Translations under genes and position numbers: made by a program
Notes under the pieces: generated by a model
The model's database searches: none
Told to the model about the DNA's origin: nothing
Seen by the model: only the letters and a program-made list of their open reading frames with translations
Shown here: one piece after another, positions 20,349 to 28,305 of the stretch
Position numbering within the stretch: the stretch's first letter is position 1
Layout: each line of letters opens with the position of its first letter
From: a virus
Taxonomy: Duplodnaviria; Heunggongvirae; Uroviricota; Caudoviricetes; Crassvirales
Virus record (IMG/VR): IMGVR_UViG_3300042473_001002
DNA length: 37,530 nt
Strand: one strand, 5' to 3'

Positions 20349-21844
20349 TCTAATTCATTTAATACTACAGCTTCAGTACTGAGTATAACCTTAGCAACTG
20401 ATACTGCATTTTCTAATGCACATCTAGTTACTTTAAGTGGGTCTATTATATTTTGTTCAAACATATTTATAGATAAATCAAAACATATAACTTCTCCTAA
20501 TTCATTTATATCTATAATTGCTTTTGGAAATATTGTAGAATATGGCTTAGCTAAACTACACAATAATTTTGCAATAATTATTTCTTGATTTTTATCATCA
20601 TTTAAATTAAAATATACTTTATTTAAAGCTATACCCCCACCTTCAACAATACCTTCTTCTAATGCACAAGCTACTGCTAATACTGCATCATCATATCTAT
20701 CTTTACGTTCTTTCATTTCAAGTTCAGAGTTACCACCAACTTTAATAATAGAAACTTTACCATTAAGATATTGTATTCTTTGATTTAATAAATCTATTTC
20801 ATATTGTTCTAATTCATTAACTTTAGTTTGTTCAAAAAGATTATCAATTAAATCTTTAACATCATTATCTTCATGTTTAACTAAAATACTATTATGTTTA
20901 GTAATAGTACAAGAATCTAATTTACCCAAAACATTATTAGTATATCTTTTATTAACATCTGTAATAATAGTTGCACCTGTAAATTTAGATAAATCTTGAA
21001 TTAAATCTTTTCTATGTTTAGAAAATCCTGGTGTTTTAATTACACATACAGGTAAGTTATGACTAAGAACTAAACTTTCTAGTTTCATTAAAGCTGATTC
21101 ATGAACATCTTCGGTTATAATTAATAATGATGTGTTAGATTGTTGAGCTAATTCTAATTGTAATTGAAAGTTTTCAAGTTTTTCTAATTTAGTATCTAAT
21201 AATAAAACAAATACATTATCGCTAAATTCACAACTTCCTTTTTTATTATTATTAATAAAATGTTTAGAGAAAAAAGAAACTGGTAATGACATACCATTAA
21301 CTAATTCTAAAGTATCTTTTAAATTTTTAGATTCTTCAACTTTAACTATATTAGTATGGTCATAAGCCGATTGAATAATATTACCAATCTCCATATCATT
21401 ATTAGCAGAAATACTAGCAACATATTTAATATCTTCATTTTTTAACTCTCTCGAATTTAATTTTAATTGTTCAATAACTTTAGGTATGATTTCATCAAAA
21501 GCTTTATTAATATCTTTAGTTTCAAAATCTTTAAGATTATTAATAAAAGCTGTGGCTAACACTGTACTAGTTGTTGTACCATCACCAGCTTGATCTACAG
21601 TTCTATTTGCAGCTTCTCTAAGTAATTGTACACCTATGTTCTCAATTGGATTTTTAAATTTAATACTATTGATTACACTAACACCATCTTTAGTTACTTT
21701 ATAACTACCATACTTATCTTTATCAGATATGATAACAGTTTTACCATTTGGACCCATAGTAGCAGATACAGCTTTATTGGCTTTATTAATACCTGATAAT
21801 AATTTATCTCTACCTTCTTTACTAAATGCAATTTCTTCTATCAT
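20333..21844 (-). CDS. groEL: Phage chaperonin GroEL (likely ATG start at 21844)
   Basis: TMGPNG, VTKDGVSV, AGDGTTT, KVGG..E.E.KERKDRYDDA, EEGIVEGGG, IIDPLKVTR.ALENA; no GGM tail. Confidence 0.95.
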   Translation of the reverse strand: MIEEIAFSKEGRDKLLSGINKANKAVSATMGPNGKTVIISDKDKYGSYKVTKDGVSVINSIKFKNPIENIGVQLLREAANRTVDQAGDGTTTSTVLATAFINNLKDFETKDINKAFDEIIPKVIEQLKLNSRELKNEDIKYVASISANNDMEIGNIIQSAYDHTNIVKVEESKNLKDTLELVNGMSLPVSFFSKHFINNNKKGSCEFSDNVFVLLLDTKLEKLENFQLQLELAQQSNTSLLIITEDVHESALMKLESLVLSHNLPVCVIKTPGFSKHRKDLIQDLSKFTGATIITDVNKRYTNNVLGKLDSCTITKHNSILVKHEDNDVKDLIDNLFEQTKVNELEQYEIDLLNQRIQYLNGKVSIIKVGGNSELEMKERKDRYDDAVLAVACALEEGIVEGGGIALNKVYFNLNDDKNQEIIIAKLLCSLAKPYSTIFPKAIIDINELGEVICFDLSINMFEQNIIDPLKVTRCALENAVSVAKVILSTEAVVLNELEWNQN

Positions 21845-21848
21845 ATTT

Positions 21849-22412
21849 TTATTCAAATGAGAGCCCCTGTTCGTAGAGACCCATTTCTTGTTTACCTTTC
21901 ATTCTTCCTTCAGTTTCAACTTGTTCTTTAATTAATTCTTTTTCTGCAGCTTTTAAATCCTGCATTACAGTTTTAATTTTACTAACACCTGTTACAATAG
22001 TAGCTAATGTGTTTACAGGTTTATCATTCTTATCTCTTTCAGCAAGTAATTCACTTGTATGTGTAAGATATTCAGATATGTCATTAGCTGCTTTTAATGC
22101 GTTTTTATATAGTTTACCTATTACAGTTAAACTTCTAGTTTCATAAAAGTCTATTGCTTCTTTCATTACATCATCTATTTTCCAATCTTCACTTAAACCA
22201 ATATCTTTTTTAATTTCATTAATCCTAGTTTTAGGATCCATAATTAAATAATCAGATTTAATATCACAATAGTAATAAATAAATAACATCTCTTTAGTTG
22301 CTTTATCTTTATCTCTACTTTTATCTCTTTTTAGTATCTTCCTAAAAGGGATTAAGCCCCATAACTGATCTTCAACAGTTAAGGAGCCATCCTTTAATAT
22401 AAATCCATTCAT
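21849..22412 (-). CDS. Conserved helical protein upstream of TerL (small-terminase candidate)
   Basis: 187 aa, helical, in the packaging operon; function inferred from position only. Confidence 0.4.
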   Translation of the reverse strand: MNGFILKDGSLTVEDQLWGLIPFRKILKRDKSRDKDKATKEMLFIYYYCDIKSDYLIMDPKTRINEIKKDIGLSEDWKIDDVMKEAIDFYETRSLTVIGKLYKNALKAANDISEYLTHTSELLAERDKNDKPVNTLATIVTGVSKIKTVMQDLKAAEKELIKEQVETEGRMKGKQEMGLYEQGLSFE

Positions 22413-22777
22413 TATTTTACTTTAGGTTTTCTAGTTCTTTTAGGTTTAATTTCTGTTTCATTAATTGTTTTATTAATTGAAACATCATTAAAACCATTAA
22501 TTTTATCATTTAAAAATGAATTTAAAACCACTCCTTCATTAACTTGAATTCTAAGTTTATTAACAATATCATTTTGATATTTTAAATTATCTTCAAGTTT
22601 CATATTAGCAGCTACAACTTCATCTTTTTCATATTTTTGGTATAATGCAAAAATTGCAGATAGTACTGTTACTGAAATTGTTGTAAAGCTTTTAACATCA
22701 ATAACGCCAAAAGCCCATGCTGTTCCTAATCCTACTACCACTATAAGTGATGTTATTTGTGAGTATAATTTATTCAT
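22412..22777 (-). CDS. Two-TM membrane protein with coiled coil (holin-like)
   Basis: Two N-terminal hydrophobic helices and a basic C-terminus. Confidence 0.5.
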   Translation of the reverse strand: MNKLYSQITSLIVVVGLGTAWAFGVIDVKSFTTISVTVLSAIFALYQKYEKDEVVAANMKLEDNLKYQNDIVNKLRIQVNEGVVLNSFLNDKINGFNDVSINKTINETEIKPKRTRKPKVK

Positions 22778-23156
22778 TTGTTTGTAAAGGTTGGTTGTTT
22801 AAATATCTTGCTTTAATAAATCTATCTTCTAATATTGCATAAAAGATTCCATCAATTAGAATTGGATCAAATTTAATTGAACCTACTTCTTCATATACAT
22901 TATCTCTACTTTGATGTTTTACCATCATTTTTTCTAAATCTAAAATAACTTTATCATTTACATTTAAGTTATGTACACCTGATCCTTTAGCCATAATATA
23001 CTGTTCATCACAAACTGTATTATCTGTTAGTACTAAATTACCATCCATTTGTTCTTTATTCAAAGTTACAATTACTTTATTAAATAAAGGTTCAACTGGG
23101 AACATCTGTGTCAATAATATCACATCCTTTAATTCCAAATTCTTCTGATCTTCCAT
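22770..23156 (-). CDS. groES: GroES-like co-chaperonin
   Basis: EPLFNKVIV, GNLVL mobile-loop-like segment, AKGSG, VNDKVIL; GroES beta-barrel pattern near GroEL. Confidence 0.6.
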   Translation of the reverse strand: MEDQKNLELKDVILLTQMFPVEPLFNKVIVTLNKEQMDGNLVLTDNTVCDEQYIMAKGSGVHNLNVNDKVILDLEKMMVKHQSRDNVYEEVGSIKFDPILIDGIFYAILEDRFIKARYLNNQPLQTNE

Positions 23157-23445
23157 TTTCTTTTTGTTTATGTTTATTCATTATATACTCATCTCTTATT
23201 TTATGACGAGTAATTACTTCACTATTTGTATATACCTTACCAAGGTATTTATAATAAAAATTTGTTTTTAATTCATCTATTTCTTCATTTGTCATTGTTG
23301 ATAATGACATTGCTTTTATAGTTTTATAAGTAAATCTAAATTGAGATTCAACTATTTCTCTAATTTGAGAATCCATTAAATTATTATTTAAACCTACAGT
23401 GTGAATTATATCTGCTACCTTTCTTTCATCAATCTCATTTTTCAT
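23092..23445 (-). CDS. HU/IHF-like DNA-binding protein
   Basis: Helix-helix then IVESQF and F..KYLGKVY pattern typical of crAss IHF-like genes. Confidence 0.55.
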   Translation of the reverse strand: MKNEIDERKVADIIHTVGLNNNLMDSQIREIVESQFRFTYKTIKAMSLSTMTNEEIDELKTNFYYKYLGKVYTNSEVITRHKIRDEYIMNKHKQKENGRSEEFGIKGCDIIDTDVPS

Positions 23446-23818
23446 ATATAATATTAAAATTATAAGTTATTGAAAAAGTTTTAGAATCATTCTTAAGATT
23501 AGGTATATATACTTCAGATATATGTTTATCAATAATTACATTCTTTTTTCTTAACTGTGTTAATATATTTTCTATTTGAGCAACACTGATATTTAATTCA
23601 TCAATAATTAATTGTTTTGTATCATAGTCAAACACTTCTTTCCATAATACTTTATTATTAGTAATTTCTTTTGAAAACTTATAATGATAATATAATAACA
23701 AAGCTAAAACGTTACATTGTTGAGGACTTAATTTATGAAAAGGTTTTAAAAATTCAATGTATCTAAAAAAGAAAGTCTTAATTTTAACGTTTAGAGTTGC
23801 TACTTTAGTATTAATCAT
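23435..23818 (-). CDS. Putative HTH DNA-binding protein
   Basis: IIDELNISVAQIENILTQLRKKNVI resembles a winged HTH. Confidence 0.5.
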   Translation of the reverse strand: MINTKVATLNVKIKTFFFRYIEFLKPFHKLSPQQCNVLALLLYYHYKFSKEITNNKVLWKEVFDYDTKQLIIDELNISVAQIENILTQLRKKNVIIDKHISEVYIPNLKNDSKTFSITYNFNIIYEK

Positions 23819-24470
23819 TTTCTAAATATTTTATAATATCTGTTAATATTGGATTTCTATGATTTGCAGTTAAAGTTTTAAATCCAACAATATTACTATT
23901 TTCAAGTTTTAAAATTCTATGTAAACAACTGTTACCATTAATAGATTTATCAATTTGTTCTTTAGATCCACAAAATATCATTTTACTTCCTTTACCTAAT
24001 CTTGTAAGTATTGTTCTAAAATCATTATAATCCATATCTTGAAACTCATCTACAATAACTACTGATTTAATAAATGTTACACCTTTAGCTACTTCAATTG
24101 GCATAATCTTAATATCTCCATCTTTAAGCATATTATCAGTATTTAACTTTCCTTGACATACTTCTAAGTTTTGAATAATAGGAAATGTATAAGGTGCCAT
24201 TTTTTCTTCTAATGTTCCAGGAAGAGCTGCTAAGTTATTTCTTAACATTGGTCTAGTAATCCAAATATTATCAACTTGTTTCTTTCTAAATGATTTTAAA
24301 GCTGTATGTACAGCAGCTAATGATTTACCTGATCCAAAATCTCCTAATAAAAAATTAACATCATATTGATAAAATAATTCTACAAATTGTTTTTGTTCTT
24401 CATTTAAATCTACTAATAATTTAGGTTCTGTTTTCAATTTTCTTTTTTCTGTATTAGGTGTCTTTACCAT
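23811..24470 (-). CDS. phoH: PhoH-like ATPase
   Basis: LNEEQK, GDFGSGKS Walker A, ITRP, LPGTLEEKMAPY, VIVDEFQ, RLGKGSK, QID. Confidence 0.92.
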   Translation of the reverse strand: MVKTPNTEKRKLKTEPKLLVDLNEEQKQFVELFYQYDVNFLLGDFGSGKSLAAVHTALKSFRKKQVDNIWITRPMLRNNLAALPGTLEEKMAPYTFPIIQNLEVCQGKLNTDNMLKDGDIKIMPIEVAKGVTFIKSVVIVDEFQDMDYNDFRTILTRLGKGSKMIFCGSKEQIDKSINGNSCLHRILKLENSNIVGFKTLTANHRNPILTDIIKYLEND

Positions 24471-24765
24471 TTTTAAATTTATTATATTCGTGAATATTAT
24501 TAAATGTTATTAATTCATTTACAGAACCACATCTCATACAATGTTCATTCATATCATCGTCATATTTAATATGTAAACTTTTACAGTTTTTACATGCTAC
24601 AACTGGAAGTTCGTCATAATCTTCTTTAGTATTTTCCATTTCTTTAATTTTATCTTTTATATCCTTAACCCAATCAGTATCATAGATTGGGAAAGGACTC
24701 ATCTTATTATAGTACTCTACATGCTTATATAGTTTCCTAAGATGCTTGAGTATTTGTTTGTTCAT
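24454..24765 (-). CDS. Zn-ribbon (CxxC...CxxC) protein
   Basis: CKNC and CMRC motifs. Confidence 0.65.
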   Translation of the reverse strand: MNKQILKHLRKLYKHVEYYNKMSPFPIYDTDWVKDIKDKIKEMENTKEDYDELPVVACKNCKSLHIKYDDDMNEHCMRCGSVNELITFNNIHEYNKFKNGKDT

Positions 24766-24940
24766 CTTTTGTTTGTATATTTAATTTAAATAACCATTTA
24801 TCTAATTCTTTATTAAATTTAACATTATAAATATAATTAGGATATTTTAATAAAAACATTTCCATTTTAGTTTTAAAATTATCTACTTGATCTAATGCTT
24901 TTTTTAAACTTATTTCTTTTATTGTATATGTATTATTCAT
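24737..24940 (-). CDS. Hypothetical protein
   Basis: Coupled small ORF. Confidence 0.5.
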   Translation of the reverse strand: MNNTYTIKEISLKKALDQVDNFKTKMEMFLLKYPNYIYNVKFNKELDKWLFKLNIQTKDEQTNTQAS

Positions 24941-25101
24941 TAGATTGCGTTTCCATGTTTATTAACTTTAGTTACTTCAAATAGTAAATGATAATTATTA
25001 GTCATAATTTTATATTCACATATATCACCACTTTCTACTAATTTCTTAGCTTGTTCTAAGAATTGTATAATTTTAGTTTTCTCTTCTATCGTGTATTTCA
25101 T
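24940..25101 (-). CDS. Hypothetical 53-aa protein (not in ORF track)
   Basis: MKYTIEEKTKIIQFLEQAKKLVESG...; fills the gap, and its stop abuts the next ATG. Confidence 0.55.
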   Translation of the reverse strand: MKYTIEEKTKIIQFLEQAKKLVESGDICEYKIMTNNYHLLFEVTKVNKHGNAI

Positions 25102-25369
25102 CTTCTTTATATTTATACCATTCTTGTTTAGACATTAAATTAGGAAATCTTTCAGGATTACATGACTCAACCACTGATGTTTTACCTTTAAAATCACAAC
25201 CACATTTAATACATTCTTTATTAATTGCACAATCATCTTTACATTGCAATCTTCTATAAGCTATTTGTTCTTGTATATGTCTAGGTTGTAATTTTAGTTC
25301 TTCTAATATTCTTTGTGTATTACCTTCTAAGTATGAAGTTATATTTTTAAATGTTATTTTGTGTTTCAT
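25073..25369 (-). CDS. Cys-rich small protein
   Basis: CKDDC, CIKCGC, SCN; likely metal-binding. Confidence 0.6.
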   Translation of the reverse strand: MKHKITFKNITSYLEGNTQRILEELKLQPRHIQEQIAYRRLQCKDDCAINKECIKCGCDFKGKTSVVESCNPERFPNLMSKQEWYKYKEDEIHDRREN

Positions 25370-25607
25370 AACTATGAATTTTAGATAATATTAATGTTCT
25401 TTCTAAACTATCAAGATCTCTACCTATTAATTCTGGTACAATTAAATCTATATTATCTTCAGTTACTTTATCTTCTAATGTAACTAGATAAGAAACTAAT
25501 TCATCCATTTGTCTAATTCTAGTATAAAATTCTTTAACTTGTTTTTTTACTTTTCTATCTTCTTGCAACTTATGTTGTCTGTTACCATTTTTAGTATATG
25601 TATTCAT
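25347..25607 (-). CDS. Hypothetical protein
   Basis: Overlapping, co-oriented ORF. Confidence 0.5.
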   Translation of the reverse strand: MNTYTKNGNRQHKLQEDRKVKKQVKEFYTRIRQMDELVSYLVTLEDKVTEDNIDLIVPELIGRDLDSLERTLILSKIHSYETQNNI

Positions 25608-25750
25608 TATTTATCTAGTCTTTTAAATTTTAGATATTCAGGGTTTTCTTTACCCCATTTAGTTCTATATACTTCTAATTCTTCATCTGTTTTAGAAGGC
25701 ATTACTTTTCTCCAATATTCTAATTCTTTCGGGTTATTTTCTTTATTCAT
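25607..25750 (-). CDS. Hypothetical 47-aa protein (not in ORF track)
   Basis: MNKENNPKELEYWRKVMPSK...; stop/start coupled to 25347..25607. Confidence 0.5.
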   Translation of the reverse strand: MNKENNPKELEYWRKVMPSKTDEELEVYRTKWGKENPEYLKFKRLDK

Positions 25751-26021
25751 TGATTTTATAATTTAAAGTTTTAGTATTAATTATTTGATTACCTTCTCTA
25801 TTAAAAATTAAATGTTTTTTAACATATCCAGTTTTATTTCTAACAAAAACTTGAACTGTAGGTTGATTAAATTCATTTAAAAATAATCCAACATTAATAT
25901 CATTTAATCTATTACCTCTCCATTTATGTGTATAATGATTATAAAGATTAAATATATCTTTTTGATTAGTTATAATGTGATTTTCTATTTCTTCTACTTT
26001 ATTTTTTATATCTACGACCAT
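25743..26021 (-). CDS. Hypothetical protein
   Basis: Co-oriented ORF. Confidence 0.5.
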   Translation of the reverse strand: MVVDIKNKVEEIENHIITNQKDIFNLYNHYTHKWRGNRLNDINVGLFLNEFNQPTVQVFVRNKTGYVKKHLIFNREGNQIINTKTLNYKINE

Positions 26022-26202
26022 CTGGTTTATTATTTTTACTGTTAAACTTTCCTTTTTCTTGTAATTTTTTATATTCTTCTAAAGTATATCTTTTAATACC
26101 TTTTTCATTAAAATCTAATATTTCTAAACTATATGTTTCACTTCCAGGTTTACTTGGTCGATTCCATTCATCATTAAAATATTGTGTATTATCTTTTTCC
26201 AT
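25999..26202 (-). CDS. Hypothetical protein
   Basis: Co-oriented ORF. Confidence 0.5.
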   Translation of the reverse strand: MEKDNTQYFNDEWNRPSKPGSETYSLEILDFNEKGIKRYTLEEYKKLQEKGKFNSKNNKPDGRRYKK

Positions 26203-26206
26203 TATT

Positions 26207-26506
26207 TTAATATTCTGATGTTATATCTGACTGTCTTAATAATTTAGAAAATATATCTACAAATTTTTCATTACTTGATAATTCTTCTTCTTTCATCATA
26301 TCTAATATTGCATGAACTTTTTCATGATAGAAAGTATCTAGTATTTTCCCTTCACTTAAATCATCAAATCCGTCTTTAGTACTTAAAGTTATTTCTGATT
26401 TACTATAATCAGATAAACCATAAGCTTTCATATCATTCATTTTTTTATTATCAAATACTACATTATAAGTAGTTCCAAATAATTTAAAAGTTTTAGGTAT
26501 TTTCAT
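26207..26506 (-). CDS. Small HExxH zinc metallopeptidase-like protein (ATG at 26506)
   Basis: TFYHEKVHAIL and downstream EKFVD. The TTG at 26527 lies inside the -7 promoter box and so is unlikely to be the start. Confidence 0.7.
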   Translation of the reverse strand: MKIPKTFKLFGTTYNVVFDNKKMNDMKAYGLSDYSKSEITLSTKDGFDDLSEGKILDTFYHEKVHAILDMMKEEELSSNEKFVDIFSKLLRQSDITSEY

Positions 26507-26524
26507 ATGTTTTAATTTATAGTA

Positions 26525-26556
26525 CAAAGATACAAAATATTTATGACATTACCAAA
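26525..26556 (-). promoter_or_regulatory. Bacteroidota promoter heading the late block
   Basis: TTTG-N20-TATCTTTG. Confidence 0.8.
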
Positions 26557-26586
26557 TATTTTGTTAATTATTTTTTAAATTATAGC

Positions 26587-26624
26587 AAAAAAAAAAGACC
26601 TAACTCAATTAAGAGAAAGGTCTA
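26587..26624 (-). terminator. Intrinsic terminator
   Basis: AGACCT...AGGTCT stem plus a long U-tract on the minus strand. Confidence 0.75.
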
Positions 26625-26970
26625 GATATAATTAATGCTAGTTTATTTTAAAATCTACAATTAAACTTTAGTAAAAGGTTATAATATAATTTTGTTAATT
26701 AAAAGACAGAAAAACCCCTTTGCAATTTAATGCATTTACCGTTATTTTAATACAAATAGTTGTTTTAATGAAGCAGTGCAGTTTAATACCAAGAGATAGC
26801 TACCTTTATAAAGACATTTTCGGTTCGTGACACCATTTGCTAAATCAACTTCAGTTTAACTATTTTGGGAACAGTTGTTTTCAGACTCATTATTAACCCT
26901 AGAGACACTGTCGCAGTTGTTAGTTGCTACCAGCGTAGTCGTCATAATAATAATGATATTTTAATATTAG

Positions 26971-27002
26971 CAAAGATACAAAATTATTTTGTAAAATCCT
27001 AA
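26971..27002 (-). promoter_or_regulatory. Bacteroidota-type promoter driving an ORF-poor transcript
   Basis: TTAG-N20-TATCTTTG. Confidence 0.65.
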
Positions 27003-27137
27003 TAAAATGTCAATTATTTTCAATTTATTTTACAACACTAATAGCTTTTATGTTAGTTTGGAGTTAAAATTTTTATTTTTTTTAATTTTTTTAAAAAATT
27101 TATTAGTGTCGAGTGTGTTAAGTAACCTAAACTTCAC

Positions 27138-27178
27138 CCCCACTCTTTTCAAGTTTCGGGGATATACCCCACTCTTTT
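27138..27178. repeat. Direct repeat CCCCACTCTTTT x2 with overlapping GGGG-ATATA-CCCC inverted repeat
   Basis: Copies at 27138-27149 and 27167-27178. Confidence 0.8.
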
Positions 27179-27197
27179 ATAACTTAATTCACTTATT

Positions 27198-27575
27198 ATG
27201 TCTAAAACCACTTTTAAACCTGTTCTTAATGAACAAACTAATAAAACTGATTTCAATTTCCCAGCAACATTGAAATCTATCGGAACTTCAGTTTTAAAGC
27301 TTAACAATGCTAAGCAAACTGAATATGTTGTAGGTACAATTGACTTTACTTATCCTAATGGTACACCTGCAGTTGGTGTTACCACTCAAATCTTCAAGAA
27401 GTCTCTTGATCACGGTATTACTGTTGATTCTACATTGTTGTCAACTCTGTCTCTTGGTGACGACGGTAAAATGTATATTAGAACTTCACATTTAGTTGCT
27501 GGTAACAACGTTGATACTGAAGCTTTTGCTAGCTTGTTCAATGAAGTTGCTGAACCTGTTGCTAATGACGCATAA
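27198..27575 (+). CDS. Highly expressed beta-rich protein, possible OB-fold ssDNA-binding protein
   Basis: Optimal codons (GCT, ACT, GGT, AAC), beta-strand pattern, acidic tail, own terminator. Confidence 0.45.
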   Translation: MSKTTFKPVLNEQTNKTDFNFPATLKSIGTSVLKLNNAKQTEYVVGTIDFTYPNGTPAVGVTTQIFKKSLDHGITVDSTLLSTLSLGDDGKMYIRTSHLVAGNNVDTEAFASLFNEVAEPVANDA

Positions 27576-27578
27576 TCT

Positions 27579-27610
27579 ATAGGGACTCTTAGGAGTCCTT
27601 ATTTTTTTTT
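27579..27610 (+). terminator. Terminator hairpin, copy 1
   Basis: ATAGGGACTC-TTAG-GAGTCCTTAT plus T-run. Confidence 0.85.
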
Positions 27611-27632
27611 AAACTAACTAAACTTATATATT

Positions 27633-27815
27633 ATGACAATTACAATATCTGTTAAAATTGAAACTGGAGATAAATATAATTCTTCAACTTATAGTGAAAT
27701 AACTTTGGATTTAACTGATCCTATAGAAGTAGCTATTGCAGGAAATTTTGTAACTCAACGAATCATAACCTCTTTACAATCTGGAATTGTAGATTGTTGT
27801 GAAGTTGCAGTATAG
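27633..27815 (+). CDS. Hypothetical 60-aa protein
   Basis: ttATG start context; bounded by repeated hairpins. Confidence 0.55.
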   Translation: MTITISVKIETGDKYNSSTYSEITLDLTDPIEVAIAGNFVTQRIITSLQSGIVDCCEVAV

Positions 27816-27821
27816 ACTTTA

Positions 27822-27841
27822 GACTCTTAGGAGTCCTTATT
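27822..27841 (+). repeat. Hairpin copy 2, lacking a U-tract
   Basis: GACTCTTAGGAGTCCTTATT is identical to 27584-27603. Confidence 0.85.
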
Positions 27842-27845
27842 AACA

Positions 27846-28078
27846 AACCATAGTCACGTAGTGAATATTGATTATGGTTACAACATCTGTGGGGGTAAAT
27901 GCACACAAACCTTTTCTACGGAAAAGATAATTTGGGAGTGATTGCTGTAAGTAGAAATACTTGGGGTTAGGTGAAGCCACAGCGTTATTATAGGTAAAGA
28001 TAGTTAGTGGAGTCGTAAGACAGTGATGCGTTTGAAGCTAGATTACTATAATACAAACAGTTACGATAAGACTGTTAA
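27846..28078 (+). ncRNA. Candidate structured ncRNA of unknown family
   Basis: ORF-free and GC-elevated; six stems with C(UACG)G, GAAA and GUAA tetraloops; followed by a terminator. Confidence 0.55.
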
Positions 28079-28085
28079 CAAACAT

Positions 28086-28119
28086 ATATAAGGATTCTTC
28101 GGAGTCCTTATATTTTTTT
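28086..28119 (+). terminator. Terminator hairpin, copy 3
   Basis: ATATAAGGATTC-TTCG-GAGTCCTTATAT plus T-run; UUCG loop. Confidence 0.85.
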
Positions 28120-28164
28120 GATTAAAAGAAACCTATTGTGTCATTTCTCAATAAGTCACAATAC

Positions 28165-28305
28165 TACCTATATATTAAGGTATAAATAATTATGAGTTTA
28201 AATTAACATTCTAGTTGATTTAATGAACCTTTGAGACCTTGTTACAATTCTAGTAATGAGTCAGTAAATCTTATAATTATTTATACCTATATATTAAGGT
28301 ATAAA
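28165..28305. repeat. Two identical 22-bp sites TACCTATATATTAAGGTATAAA
   Basis: At 28165-28186 and 28284-28305; each is palindromic around an 8-bp ATATATTA core. Confidence 0.85.

Noticed and set aside
27579-28305. CRISPR array
   Set aside because: Only 2-3 copies per repeat, with 97-250 nt intervals containing genes or structured RNA; no cas genes.
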